NCBI RefSeq assembly: GCF_023055435.1
Contig: NW_025964372.1
Span: 41,106,001 to 41,170,000 of the forward strand
Source of the DNA: Haliotis rufescens
Taxonomy: Eukaryota
Reading direction: 5' to 3'
Length of the DNA: 64,000 nucleotides
The position numbers and the translations under genes were made by a program. Below, in pieces: positions 37,512 through 50,825 of the stretch. Each line of letters starts with the position of its first letter. The first letter of the stretch is position 1. Below the pieces are notes generated by a model, which saw nothing but the letters and a program-made list of their open reading frames with translations, searched no databases and was not told where the DNA came from.

Positions 37512-38000
37512 CATGCAACACGGTATACTCACAATGCTCAAATGATACACGATACTACCAGGGTACTTGAGACCTTGCCATGACTGCAGTTGTGAAAAAC
37601 AGTGATGAACTGGCAGGCTACATTTGAGTACTCTGCCAGTAGAAAGACCCTTTGATAAGGGCAACAAAATGGCATACACTGTTGAAAAAAAACAGTGTGG
37701 CAAAGACAGCAAAGTGAATGTAAATTTCACACTGCGCTATTATGGGATAATGTTGTCAGAAAGCTGAAACTGTTGTTGTGACCTCACCACAATTCATGTG
37801 ATATAATCAAAGTATCAATTTCAAACAGAATTCCTTTCATGATAGTATTATTCATAGAAGAAAATTGATTTAGCGAGTTCTGCACATATCTTTGTCATAT
37901 TCCTTGCCTTCCTTAGTAAAGAGATTTTGTTGATAGGCACCTGTCTGTATTATTTTATTCAGTGATATATACCATGTATTCATGTCAATATACTTGCATA

Positions 38001-38335
38001 CCGTATTCGACGTAATAAGCTCTAATAAGCGCCCACAGCGATATTTGCTAATATATTGGTTAGTGAACAATCCCAATTAGCACCCCTTCCGATTGATCAA
38101 TGTACATTAGATTTATTTATTCGCCTATAATACGCACTCGTGTGTTATTTACACCCTTAATTATGGGCAATTTAATTCTGGAAAAATATATCTGTTGCAT
38201 ATAAACATTTCAGGCTGTCAGCATAAACCACAAAATTTATCTTTCAACTGTTTTTTTCACCAAAATAATATTCTAATAAGAGCCCCCTTTTTCTAATTTT
38301 GAGACCGCCCTGGGCGCTTATTACGTCGAATACGG
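38001..38335. mobile_element. Tc1/mariner-type MITE
   Basis: Perfect 20-bp TIR CCGTATTCGACGTAATAAGC, TA on both sides. Confidence 0.93.
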
Positions 38336-41328
38336 TAATATTAAAAAGTACTTTCAAACACAAGTGGCTCAACACTTAAAAAACAGGATGGAACTCTGGG
38401 CTAAATGCCCCTTGTAGCTGGCTCCTCAATGTATCTGCACTGCATCATTTAAACATTTTTGTGATTTAGTGTGATGCATTTTAGTCAATCCTGTCCTTAC
38501 TTTCACACAGAGATCTGTCATAAATGACAGCTTTGAGTAATTTTCCCAAGATGGGTTAAAACAATACTGAAATTTGATCTTGCATAACATTTAACAAAGA
38601 ATTAACAGATATTGTATAACAGCATAATCAAGTTACAAAAGACACTCTTTCATAGTTGGCAGTTACCTACAAAACAAGAATCCATTAGTTTGTGGAATCT
38701 CTATTAGAGAAGTTTCACGTCTCACTTCAACTTTGCAAATGAGTACTATACACCCAACTTCACAGATTCCCACCATTTTCATTGCAGGAATGGAGGACCT
38801 AACCTTTGGCAAACACAACACATGATACCTCTTAGATTACTTGCTGATGGAAAACATCTAATATTGCATCCCTAGTGGGCAGATCTATCAGTGCGGACTA
38901 CAGGACAGGGGCAGCTAACTGGGGAGTTTATTAAGTTAGTACTTGTTGCTCCTTGGGAAGTGACGGCGAAGTTATTGAATTGAACAGTAACTGAGCACAT
39001 TCCAAGGACCGTAAATAAATGAGTGTGATGATAATATAATAAGTCACACAGCAACAATTTCATTATTCAAATTCATATTCACTGGCTTATCAAATTTCAT
39101 ATTCCTTCCCAAATGTAATGTATGAAGGAATTTCAGGTGATGATAACCATTGGCCCTGCTGAGTTCCTGGGGCGATAAGCAAGTTATTACACAGCTTCTT
39201 CTGTATATCCCTCTCACACAGCACTCTGCACATGTAAAGGGAATATTATGTCACCGTGGCAGTACAACCCAAGTTCAAGATTTACCCACAAGCTACATAA
39301 ATAAACACAAGCATATGATGGTATTTCAAGTTATATTGCTCTCATATTCGCAACAAATATTCAACAGGACTCATTCCGACCAATCCTTTTAGAAGATGAC
39401 AAGTACTTGCAGGTACAACACAGCAACTTGATCAAAGTGAATTTATATGTATATGTGACAAACAAACACGAGGCAATGAACTCACTTATCGTCACATTTT
39501 ATGGAAAGAATTATGTGAATGAAATGAGCATGGTCCATAGGCTTTGTTGAAAAACTTATACATACACACCTAAGCAGAATTTTGAGGTTGGGTGAATTTT
39601 TTGCTTCAGTATAATTTGCATGCAAATTGGTGTAGATAGGATGGTTATCATGTTTAAATACATTTGACAAACTTCTATTACTCCCACTGTTCACTTACAT
39701 TGAAAGGTACCTATGTTCATTTTACACACGATTACTTCAAAGGACAAAGGTTTTGCAAAACAATACTTTAGCTCGAGGCCTGTGTCCAAATATACGCCTC
39801 TTTAATTTTTTTCCCTCATGCTGAAACTGATGTTCAAATTACAATTATTTCAACTCGAGTCAACCATGGTAAGCTTTACTACATATTGATGTCTGCCAAA
39901 TTATCAGCTAATACAGGCTATCCATTGTCAGCTTTTGTATAGGAGGTAGGGCGATACGACACCCCGTTCCCCTTCATGCTCCACTGACCACTGACGGCAC
40001 ACGCACACACAAAGCATTTATTTCAGTTTTATTCCCTGACCCTAGCCAAGCAGCATCTGAAGGCAAGCACCAAGGACAAAGAAATATCATCTTGCTATCA
40101 GACCAGTACATCAGTTCATCATTTAAGTTAGCTCCTGTTACAGATGCTTAAATAATAGGCTGGGTTATCTCTCAGATGGAACCAGATAGCATCTCATGAT
40201 CCTACTTCCACCAGCCCAGCACAGCCAGTCCTTCCAGTGCAGGCATTTTTTGTAGGACTACTCAGGGTATAAAGTTTCTCTCTAAGATTTCAAATTTAGT
40301 ATAGCGAAATACAAAACTGGAAATATTTGTTGATGACAAATACAGCAGAAAAAATTCAAGGCTGCAGACATATTTTGATCCATGTAAAACAAGAATAGTT
40401 TCAGAATACCTTAAACTGTTTTATTAACTTGATAATCAACACAAATTGAGTGACAATTGAACACAAATTTAATTTGTTTTGCTTGTCTTATGTTTTTCTG
40501 CAATCAATTATGTCTACTCTACTAGAACCGTTTTTTTCACTTTTTAATCTTACTCTTCAAAATGTGGGCCATGATAGCTAAGCTAATTTTTTTCTTCATA
40601 AAATAAGACTTGATTTAAGTTGATTAAATTATAGACAGACTCTCACTGGAACAATTTATGAAGGTGTGTTAAAACAGCACTAAGATCATTAACTATGTCA
40701 ATGAAATATTATAATATAAAAGTAGGGCCAAATTGTTACACAACACAATACATGAATGTTTAATCACAGACAAAAGCTCTTAGACATTGTTGTGTTTTAA
40801 TTTCAAAGGCATGAACCAGAGCATAAAATGCTCTGAAAACATAAACATGCAAACTTATCATATAATGATTCAACCATCTTGACCCTGCCTGGCACCACAG
40901 CATTGCCACACCAATTACAAGGGTATTTAAGCAGTGTTTACAAGGTAATCAGGTCGATGGGGTTCATATAGCATTCCAAGTCGAACTGTTTCAACCTCAA
41001 GCCTTAAATTATGCCCATGTTTTCTGGGAATAATGCAGGCTAGATTTATGTGACGTAATTGGGCGTAACTCTTGCAGGATGAGGTTGGAGTGAAACCATA
41101 GGGCATGCCGCAATGCCGATACAAATGGGAAATAGATACACATGGAGCCAGTCAACTGTGAGACCACATCCATGGGGGATCCTACTCATATGGTGGATCT
41201 CTTCAAACATTACAACTTCCTACAAAACCATAAGGAGTATAATTTGATGAGGACTTGTACTGGTGATATTCAGTTGACAGTTATGTCAAAGACTCATTCA
41301 CATTAAGATTGAGTCTTGCTTGTAACAC

Positions 41329-41604
41329 TTTGTTTGTTTGTTTGTTTGTTTATTGTTTAACGCTGTACTCAGCAATATTCCAACTATATGACGGTGGTCT
41401 GTAAATAATAAAGTCTGGACCAGACAACCCAGTGATCGACATCATGAGCATTGATGTACACAATTGGGATACGATGACATGCATCAACCAAGTCAGCAAA
41501 AACGACCATCCGATTCCGTAAGTTGCAACTTACGACAAGCATAGTCGCCTTTAACGGCAAGCATGGGTTGCTGAAGACCAATTCTACCCTGGATCTTCAT
41601 AAGT
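41329..41604 (-). mobile_element. Family B, full length
   Basis: (GTTT)n tail and family consensus. Confidence 0.88.
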
Positions 41605-42310
41605 CTTTTTGATAACATAGTGTACAGTATGATCTTGGACAATATACTATAACATACATACAGAATGATGTCCTTAAATATTCAAATAATACACATTGTT
41701 TATAAACAAACATCTTTGGAAGAGACAGAAAGTTGCTCAAGAAACAAGAAAGTTTGTATATCTAAGCATTCTTCATTGTTATCAAATGTGCTGCCTTTAA
41801 GAACTGAAGCAAGTCGGTGACCAAAAACGGTTCACATTTTTCGAACAACTACCATTCATGAACATACCGCTTCAATTGGTTCCATTAATGTTCAAATTAA
41901 TTTTGAACCGGGAGACCCTGTCTCTGTCATAAATCGTGTCTGGCTAAACAGACGGGAGCTGCTCCCTCTACTAAGGATTATAAAACACAGTTCAAAGCCT
42001 GCAACTGCTCAAACATTTTTCAAGCATCTTTGCAATTTTGAGAGAATTCCTGACCATGTCTGCTGGCAGACTAGAGGAATTTAATCTTCCATTTTTAATC
42101 AGATTTATCACCAGTTTCTTCCCTTATTAAATACCCGATAATTCAGTCATTTCTAGTTGAAGTTGTAACAATGTCATCCATGGAACTTGCAACTCCGAGG
42201 ACAGAGTTTTTATATATACAATATTCTCATTGCAAAATTGTACAGCAAAAAATTGGAACAAATCACAAAATTTCATCAAACAAAGAAGATGTCATGTGTG
42301 GTTTGTAAAA

Positions 42311-42482
42311 TCGTTCGTTCGTTCGTTCGTGAGTGAGTGAGTGAGTGAGTGAGTGAGCGAGCGTTTAATGCCACTTTGAACAGTATATCAGTTACATCAC
42401 AGCATGTCAGCTTAATGTGGGAAGGAAAGCCCGAAGTGTTGCAGCTCACCACTTTCATGAAACCCATGGGTATGGTGCTGAC
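42311..42482 (-). mobile_element. SINE-C 3' part with compound (CGTT)n(GAGT)n tail
   Basis: Body matches 5550-5700 with deletions. Confidence 0.8.
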
Positions 42483-42744
42483 TCATCTCAGAGACCTTTT
42501 GAATTAAATGTGTTTTTACAAGAGTATTTTTTTTCAAATATTGTCATCACTGTCTTTTTAACAATTACTGCACAATCATTGTGTCACAGGCGTCTATTTC
42601 TAATGGAAACAGGTGAAAAACATTTTCTGATGCCAATAGTGCTAAAAGCTTTTCCTGTTGACGTCATGGCAAATATCCAGGTATAATTCAGCACATACTT
42701 GCAAAATACGACAGCCTATTCTTGTGTCCCAAGTCATGATGTTG

Positions 42745-43122
42745 CTTCAGCAACCCATGTTTGCCATAAAAGGCGACTATTCTTGTCGTAAGAGGTGACT
42801 AACAGGATCGGGTGGTCAGTTTCGCTGACTTGGATGATGCATGTCATTGCATCCCAATTGTCTGGTCCAGACTCAATTATTTACAGACCGCTGTCATATA
42901 GCTGGAATATTGAGTGAGTGAGTATGGTTTTACGCCGCTTTTAGCAATATTCCAGCAATATCACGGCGGGGGGACACCACAAATGGGCTTCACACATTGT
43001 ACCCATGTGGGGAATCGAACCCGGGTCTTCGGCGTGACGAGCGAACGCTTTAACCACTAGACTACCCCACCGCCCCTGCTGGAATATTGCTGAGTGCAGC
43101 GTTAAACAACAAACAAACAAAC
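42745..43122 (+). mobile_element. Family B interrupted in its tail by SINE-A
   Basis: Consensus resumes after the insertion with duplicated gctggaatattg. Confidence 0.9.
42912..43076 (-). mobile_element. SINE-A, young full-length copy nested in family B
   Basis: TSD gctggaatattg. Confidence 0.95.
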
Positions 43123-43283
43123 ATTATGGTGCTACAAAACTGTTACAGAAAATTCACTCATTCCTGAACTAGTGTTAATAAACATGGCATTGTTTATTCA
43201 TAGTGTCAATAGAATGAAACAGATCTTTACTTAACTTTCAGAACTTTCTTAAAGACAATCTTACAAACTCACAATATACAGAG

Positions 43284-43753
43284 TTGACCTTCATCAAGGT
43301 AACATCAGTGAAGGTTCTGAAGGATCAGTTTAACTTTCATAAAGATAATCTTCAAAATTAACAACACAAGGACTTGACCTTCATCAAGGTAACATCAATG
43401 AAGGTTCTGAAGGAGCAGTTTAACTTTCATAAAGCCAAATTTCAAAATTAACAACACAAGGACTTGACCTTCATCAAGGTAACGTCAGTGAAGGTTCTGA
43501 AGGATCAGTTTAACTTTCATAAAGACAATCTTCAAAATTAACAACACAAGGACTTGACCTTCATCAAGGTAACGTCAGTGAAGGTTCTGAAGGATCAGTT
43601 TAACTTTCATAAAGACAATCTTCAAAATTAACAACACAAGGACTTGACCTTCATCAAGGTAACATCAGTAAAGGTTCTGAAGGATCAGTTTAACTTTCAT
43701 AAAGCCAAATTTCAAAACTAACAACACAAGGACTTGACCTTCATCAAGGTAAC
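43284..43753. repeat. Minisatellite, 90-bp unit, about 5.2 copies
   Basis: ttgaccttcatcaaggtaac at 43284, 43374, 43464, 43554, 43644, 43734. Confidence 0.97.
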
Positions 43754-44055
43754 TTTAGCTGCAATGACTACAACTCCCTAGAACCCATGACATGCAGGAG
43801 GTGTATCACAACAGTATTAGTGCATACAGCCCATCCAGGTGACTTCCCCGGATTCCCCCGGGCCCTGCACAACAAAGCTATCAGTTCCCCTGAGACAGTG
43901 ACCCTCTGCACCATTGTAATGCAAGACTATTTGGTTAGATAATAAACCTTATACACCCTTCCTTCAGTTTCAAGCACACATTTGTTCTTTTCCTGTTTTT
44001 ACACTCCCCACCTTGTGGGTACTGAGTTCATCACAAGGTACAGCCCAAACTTTGT

Positions 44056-44342
44056 TTCAGGTGCTGTCATGTTGCATTCAGTGGATGGAAACTCTTGAAA
44101 GGGTTGGGGTACAATGTTGTATAACACTAGTACATGTTATTCCCGATATGTATTCCAGTTCTGGTTACTGTTAAAGTGATTTTACAATACATCCCAGTTT
44201 CAGGTGCTGTCATGCTGCATTCAGTGGATGGAAACTCTTGAAAGGGTTGGGGTACAATGATGTACAACACTAGTACATGTTATTCCCGATATGTATTCCC
44301 GTTCTGGTTACTGTTAAAGTGATTTTACAATACATCCCAGTT
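44056..44342. repeat. Tandem duplication of 142 bp
   Basis: tttcaggtgctgtcatg...acatcccagtt present twice. Confidence 0.95.
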
Positions 44343-44892
44343 AGTTGCCTTATTTTTGGCCACCAATATTGTTTCCAGAAAATCAAGGTCAATACAATTC
44401 ATTGTGCCAGCAATCTAACACAAGGGCTGGTAAATGTCACAATTTTTTACCTCAAAGGATGTAGGTCCAGATCTATACATAATTTTATCTAAAATGTGTG
44501 ACTTCATGTTTACACTGACAGCCATACAACAACCAGCTATATCACGGGATAAAATAGTTCCTTAAAATGAGGTGACATGAGCGTATATTTGCACAACTTG
44601 CTCTTCAGAAACATCTTACGCAACACATGTATTCAAAAAATATCACCATTACATGAGAAAGGTCTGTTGAGAACATGGTCAACATGATAAACTTGACAGG
44701 AGAGATTTCAGAAGTTGTTAGTGAACCAGTGGTGGTTACGTTTTAGTCATCATTGATCAATTGGCTGATCATTGAAAGGTGATCAAAGATGTGCCAAATA
44801 GACACTAAGGTAAATTTATAGATTGCTGTAGGCTGTCACTGTCAGCTTAGATACTTATGTCAGTTTTGTGGTCATGTGACTGACCTCTGGTA

Positions 44893-45025
44893 CTGACAAA
44901 CCTAGAAACATAATCGGGGCGAACCGGGATTCAAACCCACAGTCATAGGTTTCTGGCATGACCAAGGGATGCAACTCTGCACAGCGAATCGCAGCGCCTT
45001 AGATGACTGGGCCCCCGTGCCCCCT
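44893..45025 (-). mobile_element. SINE-C 5' half (intact tRNA-Leu-like head, no tail)
   Basis: GGGGCACGGGGGCCCAGTCATCTAAGGCGCTGCGATTCG...GGGTTTGAATCCC. Confidence 0.85.
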
Positions 45026-45497
45026 AAACTTTAGAGAGCTCATGATGTGTCTGAGAGTCATTTGTTCATAATTAATAACAATCCATTTGAATATCACCCA
45101 TCAAAGACTGGTCAGCACAGCTAAAAGTTTGATAGGTTGCAAACATAAGACCCTGACTAGCCAAGTTGGAAATTGTAATGAGCCAGTCCAATCCACTAAT
45201 TACCTTGTACAGAGCTAGATGCCAGATTGACTGAACATGTCTCTGCTTCATATTACTGTAATTCCTCCTACAAGGATTCAATGCATCCATCCTGTGTCTG
45301 TGTTGGAGGCAAGTAACATACATCACATGGCCGGCCTCTACACATCTGTACAATACAACCAATCATCCTTGGATTCAAGGAGAGGAATACAAGTATCCTG
45401 CACCTTCTCTCAGGTCAGTTCACCAGGACAACAAATATCTGGTTGGTAGATGTATGTGTAGTCATGTGTTCAAATCTGGTACAGACAAACCTTTGCA

Positions 45498-45698
45498 GAG
45501 TGAGTGAGTGAGTGAGTGAGCGAGATAGTGGGTGAGTGAGCCAGTGAGTATGGTTTTAGGCTGCTTTTAACAATATTCCAGCAATATCACGATGGGGGAC
45601 ACCAGAAATGGGCTTCACACGTTGTACCCATGTCAGGAATCGGACCCGTTTTTCAAGGTGACAAGCGAACACTGTAACCACTAGGCTACCGACTGCCC
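45498..45698 (-). mobile_element. SINE-A
   Basis: Family consensus, degenerate GAGT tail. Confidence 0.88.
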
Positions 45699-46394
45699 CT
45701 TAGTAGAGTGAGATATGTAAGGAGTGAGATCCTTAAGGTCATCCTCATCCAAGAATGTGATCTGTTTCCTTTTCACTTCACTTCACTTTGTTTGGAACGA
45801 ACCCATTCTCACACCTCCCAGTTCGAAACAATATTCAATATGTTGGGGCTTTTTTATGAGATCAAATTGCCTCCTTTTATGTTGAGGCAAAATGTGGAAA
45901 AAGATGATTAATTTTCATGAAGCTATGAGTCTAAATATTAAAATGGATTCGCTTCCACAGCATATTTCACCATAAAACTCATCAACTCTGGAGGTATGCA
46001 AGGGTTGAATCACATTGAGATATAAACTGCATAAACTGTCGAATCCGTGAGTAATAAAATAAACAACTACATCTTGAAAAGGACAAACTCCTATCAAGCC
46101 ATCAATAAAAGTTAAAAATCCATATCGAAAAGAAAATAAACCTGACCTGGGGAATCCATGACATTTCTTGAGATGATGAAAACCAAGTGAAAAACAGCCA
46201 GAAGAAAAGGAGGAGTGCAGTACGCCATAAAATGAGTACCGCGCCTAATTGAGTTTTCCATGCTGTAACGTCAGATGCCCCGTCATAAACACAACAAAAC
46301 ACATAAAACCTGACAACAATGGCAGCCTTGATTCCACCACGATGCCATGATAGAAGTGGTGCTAGAGAGGAGATGGCTGCAAGAATCAATTAAC

Positions 46395-47085
46395 TCTGGG
46401 TGGATGCATGCTCAGTAGGGATGGTGGGTGGGTGTGAGGAGGAACTGTGACGGGGTGGGGGTGTTTGAGGTGAGGGGTGGAGTTGTGGGTACATGTAGGT
46501 GAGGTACAGGTTGAAGGTGTGGAAGCGGTGGGTGAGTAAAACGTAGGAAATGGTACACAAGTAGCGGTTGGTTGATTGGTTTGTTGTTTAGCACCGCACT
46601 CAGCAATATTCCAGCTATATGACAGCGGTCTGTAAATAATCGAGTCTGGACCAGACAATCCAGTGATTAACATCATGAGCATGTTTGCATCAACCAAGTC
46701 AGCGTGCCTGACCACCCGATCCCATTAGTTGCCTCTTACGACAAGCATAGTCACCTTTTACGGCAAGCATGGGTTGCTGAAGACCTATTCTAGCCCGGAT
46801 CTTCACAGGTACACATGTAGAGGAATAAGGGTGGATGAGGTGATGGGTGGACTTGTGGGTGTATGTGAGGTATAGCTTGGGTTATAGGTAGGCATGAATA
46901 TGGAATGGGAGCGGTTGGGGTGAGAAAAATGTTTGGTAATGGCATATGGGTAGAGGAGTGGTTGAAGTGGGGGGTGGAGTTGTGGAGTTGTGGGTAGGGG
47001 AGGTAGAAGGTGGGTGATGGGTAGACATGAAGTTGGATGGGTGCGGGGTCAGGGGTGGGGACAGGGGTGATTGTGGGTTGAGGAA
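46395..47085. repeat. G/T-rich low-complexity tract, split by a family B insertion
   Basis: Dense GG/GGG/GGGG runs on + strand. Confidence 0.7.
46565..46810 (-). mobile_element. Family B, full length with small internal deletion
   Basis: TSD gtacacaagtag/gtacacatgtag. Confidence 0.9.
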
Positions 47086-48001
47086 AACAATTTTTTCTGT
47101 AATGGCACATGTGTAGAGCAGTGGATACAGTGAAGCAGGAGGAAGGCACTTGTGTGTGTTGGCAAGGTCACTGTAATATATACATGTACCAGATTTAGTT
47201 CAGCAACTGCGCAAAGGTACTCCCATTTGAGACACTGTAGCTTGGTTTATGCAGAAGCTGTGAAGGTAATGTTCTAATTAACTCATTGTGTAATATTTTC
47301 CTGACAACAAAGAGAGTTCTGATAATTACAGAGTTATTGTCCAGAGTGTATTACTCACGTAGGAAGATGGATCAAGGTTAATTTCCCAAATAGATTTTCT
47401 CAGTGGGAACTATTTTATGCCTCTATTGATGGCCATTGCCTCTTCGAGGGCGCTGTGACACTGGGCTGTTGCCACATCTGAAGTCACAACTTGTGTCAGA
47501 CAACACAAGAACTGTTGCCATTACAAAGAAAGTACTGCCATTCTATACTGAGTGCATGTAAATTAAATAAATGAACGGTCTTTCACTTCAATGGATAAAA
47601 TGAATTATTTGTATTGATCAAGTTTCACCATACAGTTAAAAGCTAAATCAGTACCATGTTCTTGATCTTGGTTAGTAATAGACACTGCTTTCATTGTTTT
47701 TTGTAGTGAACAGAAGCACTAAGTACACATGCTAATCAACCTTCTTCATAAAATACAATACCATAAGTTACATAATAGCCAATGACATAAAAGACCCTCT
47801 TACTCAAAAACTTGGAATCTCTAATGCATCTGATCGAACAAGGTAACTTTGTATACAGTATAAGTCTTTTAATTAATGACATGCCTGATTAACTGAGCTT
47901 AGAGTTGTAGAATTTCTTCTAGCCTTGAGAATTACCATATTTCTAAGTATATTGCAGTTCCAAATGATTGTAAATATCCCTTAAACCATAATATGCACAC
48001 A

Positions 48002-48148
48002 CAGCAGTAGAAACTAACAGTTTTAGTCCACTAGTCCTCTTAATGATAACATCCTTTCAAAATGGTAAATTTCTGCTAGTCCTTATGATACCTTAACTAT
48101 TGGGCAGTTTTGCAAGGACTACAGGAAAAGTGCCATTTTCTAGCGCTG
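48002..48148 (+). mobile_element. MITE family M5a
   Basis: Homologous to 13041-13196. Confidence 0.82.
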
Positions 48149-48365
48149 CACAAGTGACTGTACATCAGGTAAGAACATTAGTCTTCAGGAAATCCCATCG
48201 CACAATTTGTTGAATAAAGACCTGCTGTGACTAGCTAAATACAGCCGCAGTGGCAGGACTCCCCGTCATCACAGCTTGCCCTTGCTGGCAGGTGGATATC
48301 TAACTATCAGAGAGTACAGGTCAAGGTGTACACATCTGCTTATCATTGAGTCTCTTCTCCCGTAC

Positions 48366-48466
48366 TGGAGGGGATTGGGTAGCCTAGTGGTTAAAGCTTT
48401 CACTCGTCACGCTGAAGAACCAGGTTCGATTCCCGACATGGGTACAATGTGTGAAGCCCATTTCTG
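48366..48466 (+). mobile_element. SINE-A 5' part, running directly into a minisatellite
   Basis: gggtagcctagtggttaaagc...ggttcgattccc...aagcccatttctg. Confidence 0.88.
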
Positions 48467-48469
48467 TTA

Positions 48470-48895
48470 ACGCTGAATCTCTCTACAAGCAGAATCATTG
48501 GGCTACTGAATGCTGAATCTCTCTACTGTCAGAAGCTATGGACTATTCTATAGAAACCACAGCTCTTCAAACAGAAGCTATGGGCTACTAGACACTGAAT
48601 CTCTCTGAGAGGAGAAGCTAAGGGTGACTGGATGCTGACTCTCTCTACAATCAGAAGCTATGGGCTACTAGACACTGAATATCCCTACAAATAGAAGCTA
48701 TGGGCTACTAGACACGGAATCTGTCTACAAGTAGAAGTTTTGGGGTACTGAATGCTGAATCTCTCTACTATCAGAAGCTATGAACTATTCCATAGAAACC
48801 ACAGCTCTTCAAATAGTAAAATCTCTCTACAAGTAGAAGCTTTGGGCTACTGAATCCTGAATCTCTCTACAATCAGAAGCTATGGCATACTGGAC
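48470..48895. repeat. ~40-bp degenerate minisatellite (gctgaatctctctacaagcagaagctatgggctactg)
   Basis: About 11 units with a higher-order repeat (48500-48570 resembles 48745-48812). Confidence 0.88.
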
Positions 48896-49498
48896 ACAAG
48901 ATCCGACAACAATCATTGGTTATGGGCTCTGTCGATCATTAAAACCAAACAGACATGATAATACCCTGTGGTGTTGGTAGCATAAAGACTTCAAAGTTTA
49001 TGGGCATTAATTACACTCTGATAACTGTGTAGAGCATCATGAAAATTTATTTGTTTGGCTAAGGCTGAATGACAGGTAGGGGTGCAGATTTAGCATTGAG
49101 CAGACATGAGGGGGTGTGTTATGGGGGCATAAACAAATCAGGACTGACGAGAAATCAGATATGCCTCTATACACATGTTCAAGACACGGATACCCAACGC
49201 TGCTACTTCCTGCATCTTCCTTTGTCATTCTTCCTCCTACAACCAACTCCAACTCATAAACAAAAGTACGCCAGGCATCAAAGAGGCAACAAATTTGATC
49301 ACCAATGACCAAAGATTTGTTAGCTGATTAACTTGAAAAATCATTTTAAAGGTTTTGTTTGCAAAAAATAATATGTTAACAGGTAGTTGTAACAACTAAT
49401 TATTGATTGTGAATTATTTCTCTTAGTTCTACAGGTATTTTTAATGGTCATAATAGAATAATCAATGGATTGTGAATGATCTAAAAGTAGGATTAACA

Positions 49499-49499
<1 letters not shown>

Positions 49500-49580
<81 letters not shown>
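49500..49580. repeat. (TA)n microsatellite, about 40 units
   Basis: Direct. Confidence 0.99.
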
Positions 49581-49583
<3 letters not shown>

Positions 49584-49743
49584 AGATGTTTATCAAGTCC
49601 TTGGCCATTTGATTAGTACCTTATGCACATAGATCTTGGCTTATGGCTTTAGCACATCCTAAAGGGCAATTTGTCTGTAGGCATGTTCCTTCACATTATT
49701 TTATAAGTGCCTTATTTAACTTTTAGTTTTCAAATGATTCAAA

Positions 49744-49761
49744 AGAGAGAGAGGAGATGAA

Positions 49762-49793
<32 letters not shown>

Positions 49794-49802
49794 GAGAGAG
49801 AG
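49744..49802. repeat. Compound (GA)n-(GAT)n-(GA)n microsatellite
   Basis: Direct. Confidence 0.9.
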
Positions 49803-50039
49803 CTATGACATTCTACAGTAGGCCAAGCCATTACAGGTTCATGGAAGGTTGATTTTAATTGAGCCATAGACTTGATCTATGTAACAGTCTTAAATGTCAG
49901 GTAACCCTTGCTAGTTACACTGACAGTGATAATACTTCAAGATCATGGAAGTGAAAGAGGCACCTTGAAATTCAATTGATTTCAGAGAAGCTGTAAGCTA
50001 CCAGGACAAGTGTGATGGCTTTCTGTGCGTGAGAGAACA

Positions 50040-50825
50040 GGTCTCCTGATGTAATCAGCAGCATCTCCTGGTATGAAGGCCAGCAATGTTGTAATGAGAT
50101 TTGGAGCAAGCAAACCAGCGACTGACAGTATCATGTCCATCTATCAAGACCAGCAATGTTGCAAAGAGACTTGGTGAAAGCAGGCCAGGGATGTATGTCA
50201 CCATCTCCTCGTATGAGGCAAGCAATGTTGTATCATTTTTGATACAGTAAGGTTTGGATCAAGGAAAACAGGGACCTGAGCATCATCTTCCTATAGCAAG
50301 GCCATCAATGATACAGTGAGGTTTGGATCAAGGAAAACAGGGACCTGAGCATCATCTTCCTATAGCAAGGCCATCAATGATACAGTGAGGTTTGGATCAA
50401 GGAAAACAGGGATGTAAGCATCATCTTCTTCTAGCAAGGCCATTAATAATACAGTAAGGCTTGGATCAAGGAAAACAGGGACCTGAGCATCATCTTCCTA
50501 TAGCAAGGCCATCAATGATAAAGTGAGGTTTGGATCAAGGAAAACAGGGATGTAAGCATCATCTTCCTTTAGCAAGGCCATTAATAATACAGTAAGGTTT
50601 GGATCAAGGAAAACAGGGATCTGAGATGAATCTCCTTCTGGTAAGACCAGTAATGTTATAATGAGAATTGGAGCAAGAAGTCCAGGGATCTTTAACAGCA
50701 TCTCCTTGAAGGCAGTTTTGTTGTATGTTGTAATGAGGCCTGGAGCAAGGAAGCCAGGGATCTACAGCATCATCTCCTTCTATGAAGGACAACACTGTTG
50801 AAGCCAGAAAACCATGGATTGACAA
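50040..50825. repeat. Minisatellite, 69-bp unit; homogeneous core 50240-50625 with diverged flanking units
   Basis: ggtttggatc at 50251, 50320, 50389. Confidence 0.93.
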
